The translations under genes were made by a program, and so were the position numbers. DNA of 64,000 nt from positions 224,001-288,000 of the forward strand of contig CAWDDT010000009.1 of NCBI GenBank assembly GCA_963801165.1. Direction: 5' to 3'. Every line of letters begins with the position of its first letter. Position 1 is the stretch's first letter. Positions 39,818 to 50,188 of the stretch are shown here, one piece after another. The stretch is from an uncultured bacterium (GTDB taxonomy: Bacteria > Actinomycetota > Acidimicrobiia > Spongiisociales > UBA5794). Below the pieces are notes generated by a model. It had not been told where the DNA came from and searched no databases. It was given only the letters and a program-made list of their open reading frames with translations.

Positions 39818-39991
39818 CTACTCCTCCTCCTGGTGTTTCTCCAGGGGTCGGCCGAGACGCTCGCTCTGCTCGCGCTTGCGGCGCATCCGCTCCTCGAATT
39901 GGTCCGAAGCCTTGGTGTGACCCCGGAGCTTCGCTCCGGGCACATGGGTGGCGTCGTGACTGCCGCGTCGGAATCCGCTGTCGTGGCTCAT
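39818..39991 (-). CDS. 57-aa hydrophilic small protein MSHDSGFRRGSHDATHVPGAKLRGHTKASDQFEERMRRKREQSERLGRPLEKHQEEE
   Basis: RBS GAAAGGTGA; below the ORF-track cutoff; fills an intergenic gap. Confidence 0.55.
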   Translation of the reverse strand: MSHDSGFRRGSHDATHVPGAKLRGHTKASDQFEERMRRKREQSERLGRPLEKHQEEE

Positions 39992-40164
39992 CAAGTCACC
40001 TTTCTTCGGCTTCTTCCATAATGGCCCGGGAACGGAGGATTGTGAAGGCCTGAGCTTCGCTCGGCCGGCGACGTGCCCGATTGCTACCGAAAGGGCGGAT
40101 CGCCCCTAACAGCCGGCCGGGCCGGTTGATACATTTATGCAGTGCCCTTGTCAGGAGGTTGCTG

Positions 40165-41295
40165 ATGACGAACAAGGCCGACGACCTAGCCGGACCGGGA
40201 ATCGGAAACTACGACGATCTCGCCAAGATCCTCCCCGACGATTACGAGTCGCTGCTCACCCCCCGACAGACCATGGATGCGCTGTTTGCCGCCAAGTCCT
40301 ACGTCGAGGAGCATCTCTGCAAGGCGTTGAACCTCATGATGGTGCAGGTGCCGCTGATCGTCGACTCTGCGAGTGGTGTCAACGACATGCTCGATCGGGA
40401 CGGTTCCCGAACCCCCGTCTCGTTCCATATCTCCAACGACCACGACCAGCACCCCATCGACGCTCAGGTGGTGCAGGCGGCGACCAAGTGGAAGCGTACC
40501 GCCCTCGCTCAGTTCGGGATGCAGCCGGGCGAGGGTATATGCACCGACATGAGGGCGGTCCGCAAGGACTACTTCCTCGACCACGACCATTCCGCCTACG
40601 TCGACCAGTGGGACTGGGAGCGGGTCATGTTGCCGGAGGAGCGAAACCTCGAGTTCCTGACCGACATCGTCAAGCGGATCTGGTCGGTGCTCGTCGGCGC
40701 CGAGCGGCACCTTCTTTCGCTCTACCCGCAGTTGAACACGCCCAGGTACCCGAACCTGCCGGACGAGCTCACGCTGCTGCATTCGGAAGACATCCTCGAC
40801 ATGTATCCGGATCTGCCCCGGAAGGAACGTGAGACCCGGATCCTTCAGGACTACCCGGCCATCTTCATCTACGGTATCGGCTGGCCGCTGGCCGACGGCT
40901 ACCCGCACGAGATGCGCGCCGCCGATTACGACGACTGGGTCACCGAGACGACCTCGGCGTCGGGCAGGACGACGCATGGTCTCAACGGCGACATCCTGGT
41001 GTGGAACCCGGTGACCCGACGCCGTCACGAGCTGACGTCGATGGGCATCCGGGTGACGAAGGAGACGCTTGCGACACAGCTGGAGATGAGCGGCCAGCTC
41101 GACTTTCTCGAGCTCCCGTATCACCGGGCGATCCTGCACGACGAGATCCCGCTGTCGATCGGCGGGGGCATTGGCCAGTCACGCACCTACATGCTGCTGC
41201 TGAAGAAGGCTCACCTCGGTGAGGTGTCGGTAACGGTCTGGCCACGGGTCCTCAAAGAAATGTGTGCCGCCAGGGGAATCAACGTCCTCGAGTGA
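40165..41295 (+). CDS. asnA: Aspartate--ammonia ligase (asparagine synthetase A)
   Basis: HSAYVDQWDWE, RA.DYDDW, LNGDILVWN, EL.SMGIRV, SIGGGIGQSR; AGGAGG RBS before ATG 40165. Confidence 0.95.
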   Translation: MTNKADDLAGPGIGNYDDLAKILPDDYESLLTPRQTMDALFAAKSYVEEHLCKALNLMMVQVPLIVDSASGVNDMLDRDGSRTPVSFHISNDHDQHPIDAQVVQAATKWKRTALAQFGMQPGEGICTDMRAVRKDYFLDHDHSAYVDQWDWERVMLPEERNLEFLTDIVKRIWSVLVGAERHLLSLYPQLNTPRYPNLPDELTLLHSEDILDMYPDLPRKERETRILQDYPAIFIYGIGWPLADGYPHEMRAADYDDWVTETTSASGRTTHGLNGDILVWNPVTRRRHELTSMGIRVTKETLATQLEMSGQLDFLELPYHRAILHDEIPLSIGGGIGQSRTYMLLLKKAHLGEVSVTVWPRVLKEMCAARGINVLE

Positions 41296-41301
41296 CGACG
41301 G

Positions 41302-42024
41302 TCATCGGCCGCGCCTTTGCTTCAGATCGAGGATTATCTCCATCAGTTGCTCCGATGACATGTGTGCCGACGGACGGCTCACCTTCCTATCCAGGGTCGA
41401 TGCGATTTGCAGGGCGATCTTGCGGCGTGCATCGGGAGCAAGATCGAAGCGGCGGCTCAGGAACTCGCGAAGCACCGCGACGTCCTGGTCGGTGACGGCG
41501 CTCACGTCCCACCCCTCGGGAAGGTCGTGGAACGGCGGAAGGTCATCCGTGGGGAGCACCCCCGCAGGGTTTGGCTCGGCGACAACAACGACACCTGCGG
41601 CCAGATCTCCTAGCCGCTGGTTCTGCGAGGTTGCGAAGACGGTGATGATCCCGATCAGATAGAACGACGGCAGGAAGTCGACGAGCCGCAACAGATTGCG
41701 GATCAACGTCTCGACGCCGCCGGCAGGCGAGCCATCGGTCCTGACCACGCGTAGCGACAGGAGCCGCTTGCCGGGTGACTGACGTCTCCCCGTCGTCTCG
41801 AAGAACATGTGATAGCCGAAGAAGAGCAGGAAGGGTGTCACGATCCGGAAGACCTCGATGATGGTCCCGCCCCCGTTGCGGAACGGGATCGCAACCGCGA
41901 GGATCATGACAACGATGATGAGCGTATCGATGATGGCGGCCGCGGACCGCGACCCGAGACCGGCGAGAGTCATCTCGAGATTGAGCCCTTCCGGCGTGCT
42001 GATCTCGATGCGGTCGCTGTCCAT
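41302..42024 (-). CDS. RDD family protein
   Basis: TPEG.....LAG.GSR..A.IID, SPGKR...LRVV..DG, RNLLR.VD, QRLGDL.AG. Confidence 0.9.
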   Translation of the reverse strand: MDSDRIEISTPEGLNLEMTLAGLGSRSAAAIIDTLIIVVMILAVAIPFRNGGGTIIEVFRIVTPFLLFFGYHMFFETTGRRQSPGKRLLSLRVVRTDGSPAGGVETLIRNLLRLVDFLPSFYLIGIITVFATSQNQRLGDLAAGVVVVAEPNPAGVLPTDDLPPFHDLPEGWDVSAVTDQDVAVLREFLSRRFDLAPDARRKIALQIASTLDRKVSRPSAHMSSEQLMEIILDLKQRRGR

Positions 42025-42033
42025 GAGGTAGGC

Positions 42034-42996
42034 GTGAAGATAGGCATATTCACTACCGAGCGCCAGGCAGATTGGGACCGGCTTGGGGCGCTGATCGCCC
42101 AGGCTCGGGGACGCCCGGAGCGGCTGGCCGCGATCGAGGTACTCGAGTTGGGCAGGTTGTACCGCTCGGCGGTTGCCGACCTGTCGCGCCTGCGGTCGGA
42201 GCATCCAGACCATCCCGCGGCACGGCAGGTCGCCACGCTGGTCACCACGGCACGGCCGCTGGTGTATCGGTCACAGCCGCGACGCGCCCATCCGATCCGG
42301 TTCATGACCACTACGTTCTGGCGAACTTGCGCCGAGCGACCGGTGTTCCTCGTTGTGGCCGCCTCTCTTCTACTCGGCTTTGCCGTGCTCGGCTGGATAT
42401 GGGCAACGGTGGACACCCGGGCGGCGGTCGGCATGGTGCCCGGTCAATTCTCCGGCGCCCTAGATCCGCAGGGTGGCACCGACATGGGCAGGGATCTGGC
42501 GCTACAGGCGCAGTTTTCGGCCTACCTCATCACCAACAACGTGACCGTTGCCATCTTGTCCTTTGGGGTCGGCATCTTCTTCGGGATCGGCACCGTTGCC
42601 GTTCTCGCCCAGAACGGTCTCCTGCTCGGGGTCATCGGCGGCGCGCTCGTGGCCGGCAACAACGGCGGATTCTTTCTCGAACTGGTCGCCGCCCATGGTG
42701 TGCTCGAGTTGTCTTGCATCATCGTTGCCGCCGCCGCGGGCCTTCGTCTCGGCTGGGCGGTCGTCCACCCGGGGAAACGGTCACGGCGATCGGCTCTCGT
42801 CGCCGAAGCCCGCCCGGCGGTGCTGATGACACTCGGCATCTTCCCCTGGCTGGTTGTTGCCGGGGTCATCGAGTCGTTCGTGAGTAGACGCGGTATGGCG
42901 GCGCTCCCTGTGACCATCATCGGCCTGATCGTCGGTGGCGGGTTCTGGTTCCTCATGTGGCTACGCGGCAGGCCGTCCCCTTCCTACGCAGGATGA
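42034..42996 (+). CDS. Stage II sporulation protein M (DUF95) family membrane protein
   Basis: W.RL..L, LYR....DLS, TNN..VA, HGVLEL, AG.IESFVS; GTG at 42034. Confidence 0.88.
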   Translation: MKIGIFTTERQADWDRLGALIAQARGRPERLAAIEVLELGRLYRSAVADLSRLRSEHPDHPAARQVATLVTTARPLVYRSQPRRAHPIRFMTTTFWRTCAERPVFLVVAASLLLGFAVLGWIWATVDTRAAVGMVPGQFSGALDPQGGTDMGRDLALQAQFSAYLITNNVTVAILSFGVGIFFGIGTVAVLAQNGLLLGVIGGALVAGNNGGFFLELVAAHGVLELSCIIVAAAAGLRLGWAVVHPGKRSRRSALVAEARPAVLMTLGIFPWLVVAGVIESFVSRRGMAALPVTIIGLIVGGGFWFLMWLRGRPSPSYAG

Positions 42997-43012
42997 AAGG
43001 GTGCGGGCGCGC

Positions 43013-44260
43013 CTACACAACGGCGCGGTGCTTCAGGTCCAGGTAGGCACCCACGGCGGCGGCAGGGAGGGACTCGGGTGCTGCCTCGATCACGGTGATC
43101 CCGCGACGGCGAAGACGCTCGGCGGTGCGACGGTGGACCCGCAACGCATCGAGGGCAACGACGGCGCGGTAGGGGCTCTGCGGGTCGTCCCCCGGGTTGA
43201 CGACCGCCTCGCGAAGATCGTCATCGCGCACGTACGCCAACACGACCGCGTGGGTGCGGGAGAGAAGCGGTAGGGCTTCGAGCAGCGGCGCCGCCGCCAT
43301 CTCCTCGAACAGGTCGGTGAAGACCACCACCAGAGACCGTTTCGACCGGGCGGTTGCCCGGAACGCCAGCTCATAGTTGCTCTGGACCGGTTGCGGTTCG
43401 AGATCGTAGATCGCCTCGACCACCGCCTCGGCGCCACGCCGTGCCGGCGGCAGCGAGCGGAGAATCCTGTTGGAGAAGGCAACCACGCCACAGCGGTCGC
43501 CGAGGGCATCGGCCGTGTGTGCGATCGCGGCCGCGGCATCGACCGCTATGTCGAGCCGGGTGTGCGGTCCGATCGGGGACGTCATCAAACGTCCGCTGTC
43601 GATGACGCACATCACGTCGCGGTCGCGGTCGATGCGATACGCGTTGGTCATCGGTTTCCCGGTCCGCAGCGTCGCCCGCCAGTTGACGTGCCGGATATCG
43701 TCGTCCGGCGTGTAGTCGCGGATCGACTCGAACTCGGTCCCGATGCCGATGGGACCGCGTCTGCGCCAACCCACCGAGGTGAAGGCGCCGCTGGCAACCG
43801 CCCGGGCGATTCTCTTGGCACCGATGACATCGGGATACACCGTTACCTCGTGGTTGCCGCACATCTCACGATCGCGGACGGCGAGACCGAGAGGGCCGAC
43901 ACAGCGCACCGCCACCGCGGGTAACACGTGGCCGCCGCGCCGTGCCGCAGTCAAGGTCGTGACCAGCTCGCCGACGGCTTCCTGGTCGACGACGTCGATG
44001 TCCGGGATCTGCGGCTGGAGCAGCCTGACGCTTTGCGCTGCCGGGTTCGTCCCGGTGATGTGCAGCGGGGCGGGGTGCAGCCTCTGCATCAAATCAGGTA
44101 CGTCCCGGCTCACTACCGGATCCCGACGCAGCCGCCAAACGTCGACCACGTAGCCGGCGGCGACGAGCGCGACTGCGATCGCCCCCAGCGTGGCCCCAAA
44201 TGCGATCAGCACTGCCGCTGCGGCAGCCAGCGCAAAGGCGAGTCGGGGGGTCGGGGTCAC
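43013..44260 (-). CDS. DUF58 family protein (vWA-like)
   Basis: GTEFESIRDY...DDIRH.NWRAT, IDSGRLM. Confidence 0.9.
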   Translation of the reverse strand: MTPTPRLAFALAAAAAVLIAFGATLGAIAVALVAAGYVVDVWRLRRDPVVSRDVPDLMQRLHPAPLHITGTNPAAQSVRLLQPQIPDIDVVDQEAVGELVTTLTAARRGGHVLPAVAVRCVGPLGLAVRDREMCGNHEVTVYPDVIGAKRIARAVASGAFTSVGWRRRGPIGIGTEFESIRDYTPDDDIRHVNWRATLRTGKPMTNAYRIDRDRDVMCVIDSGRLMTSPIGPHTRLDIAVDAAAAIAHTADALGDRCGVVAFSNRILRSLPPARRGAEAVVEAIYDLEPQPVQSNYELAFRATARSKRSLVVVFTDLFEEMAAAPLLEALPLLSRTHAVVLAYVRDDDLREAVVNPGDDPQSPYRAVVALDALRVHRRTAERLRRRGITVIEAAPESLPAAAVGAYLDLKHRAVV

Positions 44261-45186
44261 TTCGGTACCGGCACCGCAGCCAGAGCGGCGTTGATCGCAT
44301 CGGCGGCCAGATAGCGGTCAATCGACGCATCGGCGGTCAGCACGAGACGATGTGCCAACACCGGCAGCGCCTGATTGCGGATGTCATCCGGCGTGATGAA
44401 CTCCCGCCCTTCGAGCAGCGCTCTGGCCCGGGTGGCAGTGATCAGATGCACCGCGGCGCGGGGACTGGCGCCGAGTTCGACGCTGGGCAGCGACCGGGTG
44501 TGCCGGACCAGACCCACCGCATAGCGGGCGACCTTCTCATCGACTCTCACCGAAGCGAGGGCCCGGCGCGCCTCGAGAAGATCGGCTTTGCTCACCGCCG
44601 GGCTGATGCGTTGCAGGGCGACATCCTCGAGACCAACGCGTTCCATGGTGACGATGTCGACCTCGTCGGCTTCGCTCGGGTAAGTCACGTCCAGCTTCAT
44701 CATGAAGCGGTCGAGCTGAGCTTCGGGAAGCGGGTAGGTCCCCTCGTACTCGATGGGGTTCTGGGTGGCGATCACAACGAACGGGTCCGGGAGCGGATGG
44801 CTCGTGCCGTCGACCGTCACCGATCGTTCTTGCATTGCCTCGAGTAGTGCCGCCTGGGTCTTGGGAGGGGTGCGGTTGATCTCGTCGGCAAGGATCGCAC
44901 CGGCAAACAGCGGGCCCGGTCGGAACTGCAGGGCACCCCCGGCGAGAGCCATCGTGCCCGTGATGTCGGAGGGCAGCATGTCGGGGGTGAATTGGATCCT
45001 GGCGAACTCGAGGCCGAGACTCCTGGCGACGGCACGGGCCGCGAGTGTCTTGGCCGTTCCCGGTGGTCCCTCGAGCAGGACGTGGCCACCGCTGATGATG
45101 GCGGTGAGAATGCCGTCGACGACGTAGTCGAGACCGACCACCGCCGTAGCGACCGCTGCGGCGACTCGATTGCGCAGGTCGTTCAC
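44257..45186 (-). CDS. moxR: MoxR family AAA+ ATPase
   Basis: GHVLLEGPPGTAKT, RIQFTPD.LPSD, DEINR.PPKTQAALLEAMQE, ATQNPIE. Confidence 0.93.
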   Translation of the reverse strand: MNDLRNRVAAAVATAVVGLDYVVDGILTAIISGGHVLLEGPPGTAKTLAARAVARSLGLEFARIQFTPDMLPSDITGTMALAGGALQFRPGPLFAGAILADEINRTPPKTQAALLEAMQERSVTVDGTSHPLPDPFVVIATQNPIEYEGTYPLPEAQLDRFMMKLDVTYPSEADEVDIVTMERVGLEDVALQRISPAVSKADLLEARRALASVRVDEKVARYAVGLVRHTRSLPSVELGASPRAAVHLITATRARALLEGREFITPDDIRNQALPVLAHRLVLTADASIDRYLAADAINAALAAVPVPK

Positions 45187-46271
45187 AGTTGCTCCTTGTT
45201 GATGAGATGTGATAGCAGGACCGCCTTGGCCCGTATGGTCTTCTCCGAGGCGGGTGCGGTTAACGCCAGCTCGGCGGTATCCCGATCGACACCGCTGGTC
45301 ACGGCAGAGTCGACGGCAAGCTGGGACCCGGGTGGCACTCCCCGTCGTCGCAGCTCACGCACGATGGCCCGATCGAGCGTGTCGGCGGCGGTTGGGTCCT
45401 TGCCGGCTTCGAGGGTGAGGGCAAGCGCGTCGACATAAGCCGACCGGGGCGGGGGCATATTGCGAGCCGTCTCCTCGACGGGGCCGAATCGCTTGCCGCC
45501 TGCCACCAGCCAGACGGCGCAGGCCAGGGATAGGAGCACCAGCGCCTGTTTCCAACGCGCCGGGAGAGCCGATAGACCCGTGGGCTGGGTGAACCCATGC
45601 ACGTATTCGACGAACTGCACCGTCCCCGACGTATCGCCGACGGCGGCGAGTGCAAGCAGCGCGTTGTCGCCCTGGGCGATCTGCCCGTTCTCGACGATGG
45701 TCGAGTCGGCGATGGCGACGACCGTCCCGTCACCTATGTACTCGATGCCGAGGAGGGTGCCGTCCTGGTTGCCGACGAGTGGCAGCAGGGAGCCGGCGTC
45801 GGGCCATTCCTTCGACGCGGCGACGGTGTCGACCGCTTGAAACGGGCCGAGATCGAGCAACGACGAGGCGGGGGTGCCTGTCGTCGTCGATGGGGAGGGG
45901 GCCTTGGTGATGATCCTGCCGAGGCTCGAGTCGATTGCTACGAAGCGTCCGCCGCTTCTGATGAACTCATTGAGAGCGTTCACGTCCTCGCCGCCGAGCG
46001 AGCCCCCGTCGATCAGGACAACAACGTCTTGCGGCGACAACGAGACCCCGGCGAGGGGTGTCCGGAGTTGCGAGACGTCGTAACCATTGCGCACGAGCAA
46101 TCTGGACAGCGCCGCGGTGCCGGAACTGTGCGTTGCGTAGGAGGAGCCGGAGGGACCGTCCTCTGGCTTCTGCTGCTCGGCGGATCGGGCCAGCCCGACG
46201 ACGACCAGCAGACCAACGATCGCCAGAACCACTAGACCGGCTCGGGAACGGAAAAGCGGGGCATCGTTCAT
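45183..46271 (-). CDS. DUF4350 domain protein
   Basis: N-terminal TM, SSY.....GT.AL..LL, N..I...DN..L, RFGP; position in the MoxR cluster. Confidence 0.8.
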   Translation of the reverse strand: MNDAPLFRSRAGLVVLAIVGLLVVVGLARSAEQQKPEDGPSGSSYATHSSGTAALSRLLVRNGYDVSQLRTPLAGVSLSPQDVVVLIDGGSLGGEDVNALNEFIRSGGRFVAIDSSLGRIITKAPSPSTTTGTPASSLLDLGPFQAVDTVAASKEWPDAGSLLPLVGNQDGTLLGIEYIGDGTVVAIADSTIVENGQIAQGDNALLALAAVGDTSGTVQFVEYVHGFTQPTGLSALPARWKQALVLLSLACAVWLVAGGKRFGPVEETARNMPPPRSAYVDALALTLEAGKDPTAADTLDRAIVRELRRRGVPPGSQLAVDSAVTSGVDRDTAELALTAPASEKTIRAKAVLLSHLINKEQL

Positions 46272-47080
46272 TGTGTTTGCAGCCGCTTCTGCAAGGCGTC
46301 CCACGATCGGCGTGCTTCGGTGACATCGTCGCTCAATGCTGTGTCCCCGCCGTATGCGACCGCGTCGAAGCGATCGAGAAAGCGGGGGCTCTCGGCCAGG
46401 GGCCGCACGGTGGCGGTTGATGTGGTAGCCGCGTTGCGGACAACACGCAGCTGCTCCAGGTGTTGCGCACCGTCCATGAACAACATCCGGAGAGCGCCTG
46501 CGTAGTCTCCGGCGGCTGCCGCGATGTCCGCCTCGGCGCGGTAGTCCACGGACTGTTTCGCCGGACCGGGGGCCGCAGCAACCGCCTGTCTGCGGGCGAC
46601 GACGCGGTCGAGAATGACGTAGCCGACAGCGAACGCGACTCCGACGATCACAATGAGCCCCAGACCACGGGCACCGGTTGTGTTGAGGGCATCGGCTATG
46701 AATGTGACGATCCGGGAGAGGATCCCGCTGTTGGCGGCCTCCTCGGCGGCAAACGGAGGCTTGGACGTTATGTCCCTTGCCTGGTCCCGTAGTGTGGCCG
46801 AATCGAGGCCGCCCGGTGTAGCCGCGCTGATCCTGGCGAGAGCGGCAATCCGGGCTCTCTGCTCTCGCGGTGACGCATCGATGAGCGAGGCGAGGTCGAC
46901 CGGTTTCCCGTCGATCGAAGTGACCGCAGCGAGCTGGTCGACGGTGCCGGTGGACTCGGCTTCAGCCGCGATTCGAGCGAACTCCTCGGCGGAGACATCG
47001 GCGGCAGATGCGGCAGTGGAGCCGGCGGGCCACACCAGGATGGCTGCCGAGATGAGGAGCAGCCAGGCGCGACGACGCAC
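46268..47080 (-). CDS. DUF4129 domain protein
   Basis: Signal peptide, TM, A..A...GDY..ALR, F..VAYG; start approximate. Confidence 0.7.
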   Translation of the reverse strand: MRRRAWLLLISAAILVWPAGSTAASAADVSAEEFARIAAEAESTGTVDQLAAVTSIDGKPVDLASLIDASPREQRARIAALARISAATPGGLDSATLRDQARDITSKPPFAAEEAANSGILSRIVTFIADALNTTGARGLGLIVIVGVAFAVGYVILDRVVARRQAVAAAPGPAKQSVDYRAEADIAAAAGDYAGALRMLFMDGAQHLEQLRVVRNAATTSTATVRPLAESPRFLDRFDAVAYGGDTALSDDVTEARRSWDALQKRLQTQ

Positions 47081-47085
47081 GGCGG

Positions 47086-47983
47086 CTACCAGGGAACCTG
47101 TGGCGGCGGCTCGTCCCTCCACGTATCGTCGGGTTCCCCGATCTGACCGAGCTTCAGCTGCATGTCCAAGCCTTCGTTGCGAACGCGGCAGTCGAAGTAC
47201 GTGACCGTGACAACCGGAGCCAGGATGATGAAGCTGATCACAGTGCCGACCAACTCGAGCCCGTTTGTCGTGAGCACGAACGGCAAGGGATCTCGCATAT
47301 TCAGGATGAGTCGACACGACGAGCGCCACCAGGCCCACCGAGAAGACCCCAATGATCACCAGACCGACCGAGAGCGCGCCGAGCACTTTCCAGAACCGGT
47401 TGCGGACGAGCGCCGAGGAGCGTCCAATCGCCTTGCTCGCCGTGATCCCCTCGTACCAGAAGGCGGGGACGCTGAGGCTGTAGTAGGTGAACCAGGCTGT
47501 GAGCACCGCCAGCAACGCAAACACGCTGAGTGGGCCGAACAAGAGGCTCCCCAGGGATGCAACGATGGCGACCCCGATGGCGTAGAGCACGAGAAGCAAG
47601 AACATCCCGATGAACGGAAGGAATCGACGTCCGCTCGAGCGAAGGATGCTTCCTGCAGTCTCCTCGTGGTTCATGTACAGCCGTGTCGACAGATGAACGA
47701 GCAACCCGAAGCACAACAGCTGGGATACACGCCCTAGTAAGCCGATCCACAGCACCGTTTGCGTGTAACTGTCGGGGTCGTTGACGAGCACGACGTTGCC
47801 GCGGATGCCGGCGATTTCGGACAGTTGGTAGGCGCTGAGGAACACAAGCGGCACGAGCACGAAGACGACTGTCAATTTCAGGTACTTGCCGAGGTTCTGG
47901 CGGAGCAGGCGAAACGCGGCATCGAGCGTCTCGCCGACACCGAGCGGTCGCAGATCCGGTGGTCCGACTTCGTCCAGGGTCAT
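47086..47983 (-). CDS. Integral membrane protein of the MoxR cluster, +1 frameshift near 47310
   Basis: LRPL.VGE.LDAAF, A..RS..LV...FW; C-terminus YFD.RVR.EGLD lies in another frame. Confidence 0.75.
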
Positions 47984-48139
47984 CTGGACGCGGAGGATAG
48001 TCGCTCCGGTTGTTGCCGGCCCTGTCCTCACTGATAGTCGGTTACGCGTCAGGGTCGAATCAGGGGATGCCCCGATTGGAAGGCCGGCACGGTTCGTGCA
48101 TTATCGGAGTAGACGAAGTGAGAGGACGCGGGGTCACCC

Positions 48140-48340
48140 ATGTTGCTGTTTCTACTCTGGTTGTTGCTGGCCGCGATCGCCTGGCCGCTTGCTCTGCTGG
48201 CGCTGATTGCCTACCCGATCGTGTGGATACTGAGCATCCCCTTCCGCATCATCGGTATCTCGGTGCGTGGCGTTTTCGAGTTGCTGGAAGCCGTGGTCCG
48301 GTTCCCGGCGCGTGTCCTCACGGGCTCCGTCGGGCGGTGA
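48140..48340 (+). CDS. Small membrane protein
   Basis: Hydrophobic 66 aa, WPLALLAL..YP.VW....PFR. Confidence 0.7.
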   Translation: MLLFLLWLLLAAIAWPLALLALIAYPIVWILSIPFRIIGISVRGVFELLEAVVRFPARVLTGSVGR

Positions 48341-48364
48341 CGGGCGCCCGGGTAGGATCGCCGG

Positions 48365-48973
48365 ATGCGGCTCTACCTGATACGTCATTCGCTCACGCCC
48401 GATACCGGCAAACGGCTCTCGAGCACCGACCAGTCCATCTCGCTGTCTCCTGAGGGGTTGGCGCTGGCGACACGGCTCGGAGAGCACCTCAGAGATGTCC
48501 CACTCAACGCGATCTACTCGAGCCCGCACCGGCGGTGCCGGGAGACCGCCGCTGCGGTTGCCCGCGGCCGCAAGCTGAGGCCCCGGGTTGCGGACGCCTT
48601 CGTCGAGGCCGACTACGGGAAGTGGCGGGGCCGACCGCTCAAGTCCCTGTACCGGCTCAAGGCCTGGCAGGAGCTGATGCTGAGCGCGTCCCGGTTCAGG
48701 TTTCCCGGGGGCGAGATGCTGAGCGAGGTACAGGCGAGGGCTGTCGCCGGCATCGAACAACTTGTCGCTCGACATCCGGATGAGCAGGTCGCCGTCGCCA
48801 GCCACGGCGACGTCATAAAGGTGATCGTTGCCTACTACCTGGGTCTACCCCTCGACCTCTCGCATCGGATCGAGCCGATGGCGGCCAGTGTGTCGATCGT
48901 CGATATACCCAAGCAGGGTGCGCCACGTGTGCCGGTTCTCAACTACACCGTCGATACCGGGAGGTGGCGATGA
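48365..48973 (+). CDS. Histidine phosphatase family (MSMEG_4193-like phosphomutase)
   Basis: LIRHS, SSP..RC.ETA, E.DYG.W.G, SHGDVIK. Confidence 0.88.
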   Translation: MRLYLIRHSLTPDTGKRLSSTDQSISLSPEGLALATRLGEHLRDVPLNAIYSSPHRRCRETAAAVARGRKLRPRVADAFVEADYGKWRGRPLKSLYRLKAWQELMLSASRFRFPGGEMLSEVQARAVAGIEQLVARHPDEQVAVASHGDVIKVIVAYYLGLPLDLSHRIEPMAASVSIVDIPKQGAPRVPVLNYTVDTGRWR

Positions 48974-49443
48974 GCAGCGTCGATCGGTTTGCCGGGGGAG
49001 CACTCGGGGAGCCGGGGGACAGGCTGTTTCTACTCGAGGTCGTGGACGGTGGTGAGTCCATCGCCTACGTCCTCGAGAAGATCCAGGTGGCCGCGCTGGC
49101 GGAGGAGGCACAGAGGCTGCTCCGCGAGCGCGGGCTCATCGGCACGGGTCTCGCCCTCGACCCAGGCACAGTTCATGCGGAGACACCGGTGAGCTTCCGT
49201 GTCGGCGGCATGCAGCTGGCCCTTGGCGACAACGATGTCGGAGAGCTCGTGCTGATGTCGACCGAGGAGGATCCGCCGGTTCGCTATGAGCTCACGATCG
49301 CCCAACTCGATGCGTTCGCCAGGGAGGCGCTCGCCATTGTCGCAGCCGGTCGGCCTGCCTGCCCTCGCTGCGGCCTGCCGATGGACCCGGAGGGTCACAA
49401 CTGCCCGCGCAGCAACGGTGACCTACGCGGGCACCGTCCCTGA
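48970..49443 (+). CDS. DUF3090 family protein
   Basis: G..GEPG.R.F.L, LEK.QV.AL, AGRP.CP.CG.P.DP.GH.CPR.NG. Confidence 0.88.
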   Translation: MSSVDRFAGGALGEPGDRLFLLEVVDGGESIAYVLEKIQVAALAEEAQRLLRERGLIGTGLALDPGTVHAETPVSFRVGGMQLALGDNDVGELVLMSTEEDPPVRYELTIAQLDAFAREALAIVAAGRPACPRCGLPMDPEGHNCPRSNGDLRGHRP

Positions 49444-50122
49444 CGTGGGATGGGAGCCGGTCATCACGGAAGTAGTCGGCCGGTTCGTCGACGCCTCAAA
49501 CGCCACGCTTCTGGCGACAACGGGTGACGGGGAGCAGGTTATTTACAAACCGACCGCGGGGGAGCGTCCGCTGTGGGACTTCCAGGTTGAGACGCTCGCC
49601 GCTCGTGAGGTGCTCACCTACGAGGTCTCCGAGGCCCTGGGATTTGACGTCGTCCCGGAGACCGTGCTCGGCGTGGGGCCTTACGGCCGGGGCGCGGTCC
49701 AACGATTCGTCGAGCTCGACCCCGACTTCGACCCGGTCAGAGCGCTGCAGACCGAGCCGCCCGAGCTGTGGCGAATAGCGGTGCTCGATCTGGTCACGAA
49801 CAATGCCGATCGCAAGCTCGGTCACATCATCTCTGATGGGCAAAGGCTGCTCGGAATCGACCATGGCCTCACCTTTCACCCTGATGACAAGCTCCGGACC
49901 GTGCTGTGGGGTTTCAGCGGCCAGTCGATCCCCGAAACGGAGCTGGATGGTCTGGGCAGGCTGGAGATGGCCGTCGCCGGCAACCTGGGCGAACGCGTCG
50001 CGGAGCTGCTTGGTGGGGCGGAACGCGAGGCGCTCGTCACCCGGGTGTCGGGGTTGCTGGCCAACCCAATCCATCCCGACCCACCCCAGGACCGCCCGCC
50101 ACTTCCCTGGCCCCCATACTGA
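49418..50122 (+). CDS. SCO1664 family PI3/4-kinase-like protein
   Basis: ASNATL, YKP..GERPLWDF, NNADRK.GH, IDHGLTF; start uncertain. Confidence 0.88.
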   Translation: MTYAGTVPDVGWEPVITEVVGRFVDASNATLLATTGDGEQVIYKPTAGERPLWDFQVETLAAREVLTYEVSEALGFDVVPETVLGVGPYGRGAVQRFVELDPDFDPVRALQTEPPELWRIAVLDLVTNNADRKLGHIISDGQRLLGIDHGLTFHPDDKLRTVLWGFSGQSIPETELDGLGRLEMAVAGNLGERVAELLGGAEREALVTRVSGLLANPIHPDPPQDRPPLPWPPY

Positions 50123-50131
50123 GCCACTCTG

Positions 50132-50167
50132 GCGTCGGAAACCGGAATATGTTCCGGTTTGCGACGC
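50132..50167. repeat. Palindromic REP/terminator-like element between convergent genes
   Basis: GCGTCG-G-AAACCGGAA-TATG-TTCCGGTTT-G-CGACGC. Confidence 0.55.
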
Positions 50168-50188
50168 AAGAAGCTCGTTGCCCGGCGT

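Noticed and set aside
46268-48031. 587-aa membrane protein-DUF4129 fusion
   Set aside because: Artefact of a +1 frameshift near 47310; the proper C-terminus with its own stop is in another frame
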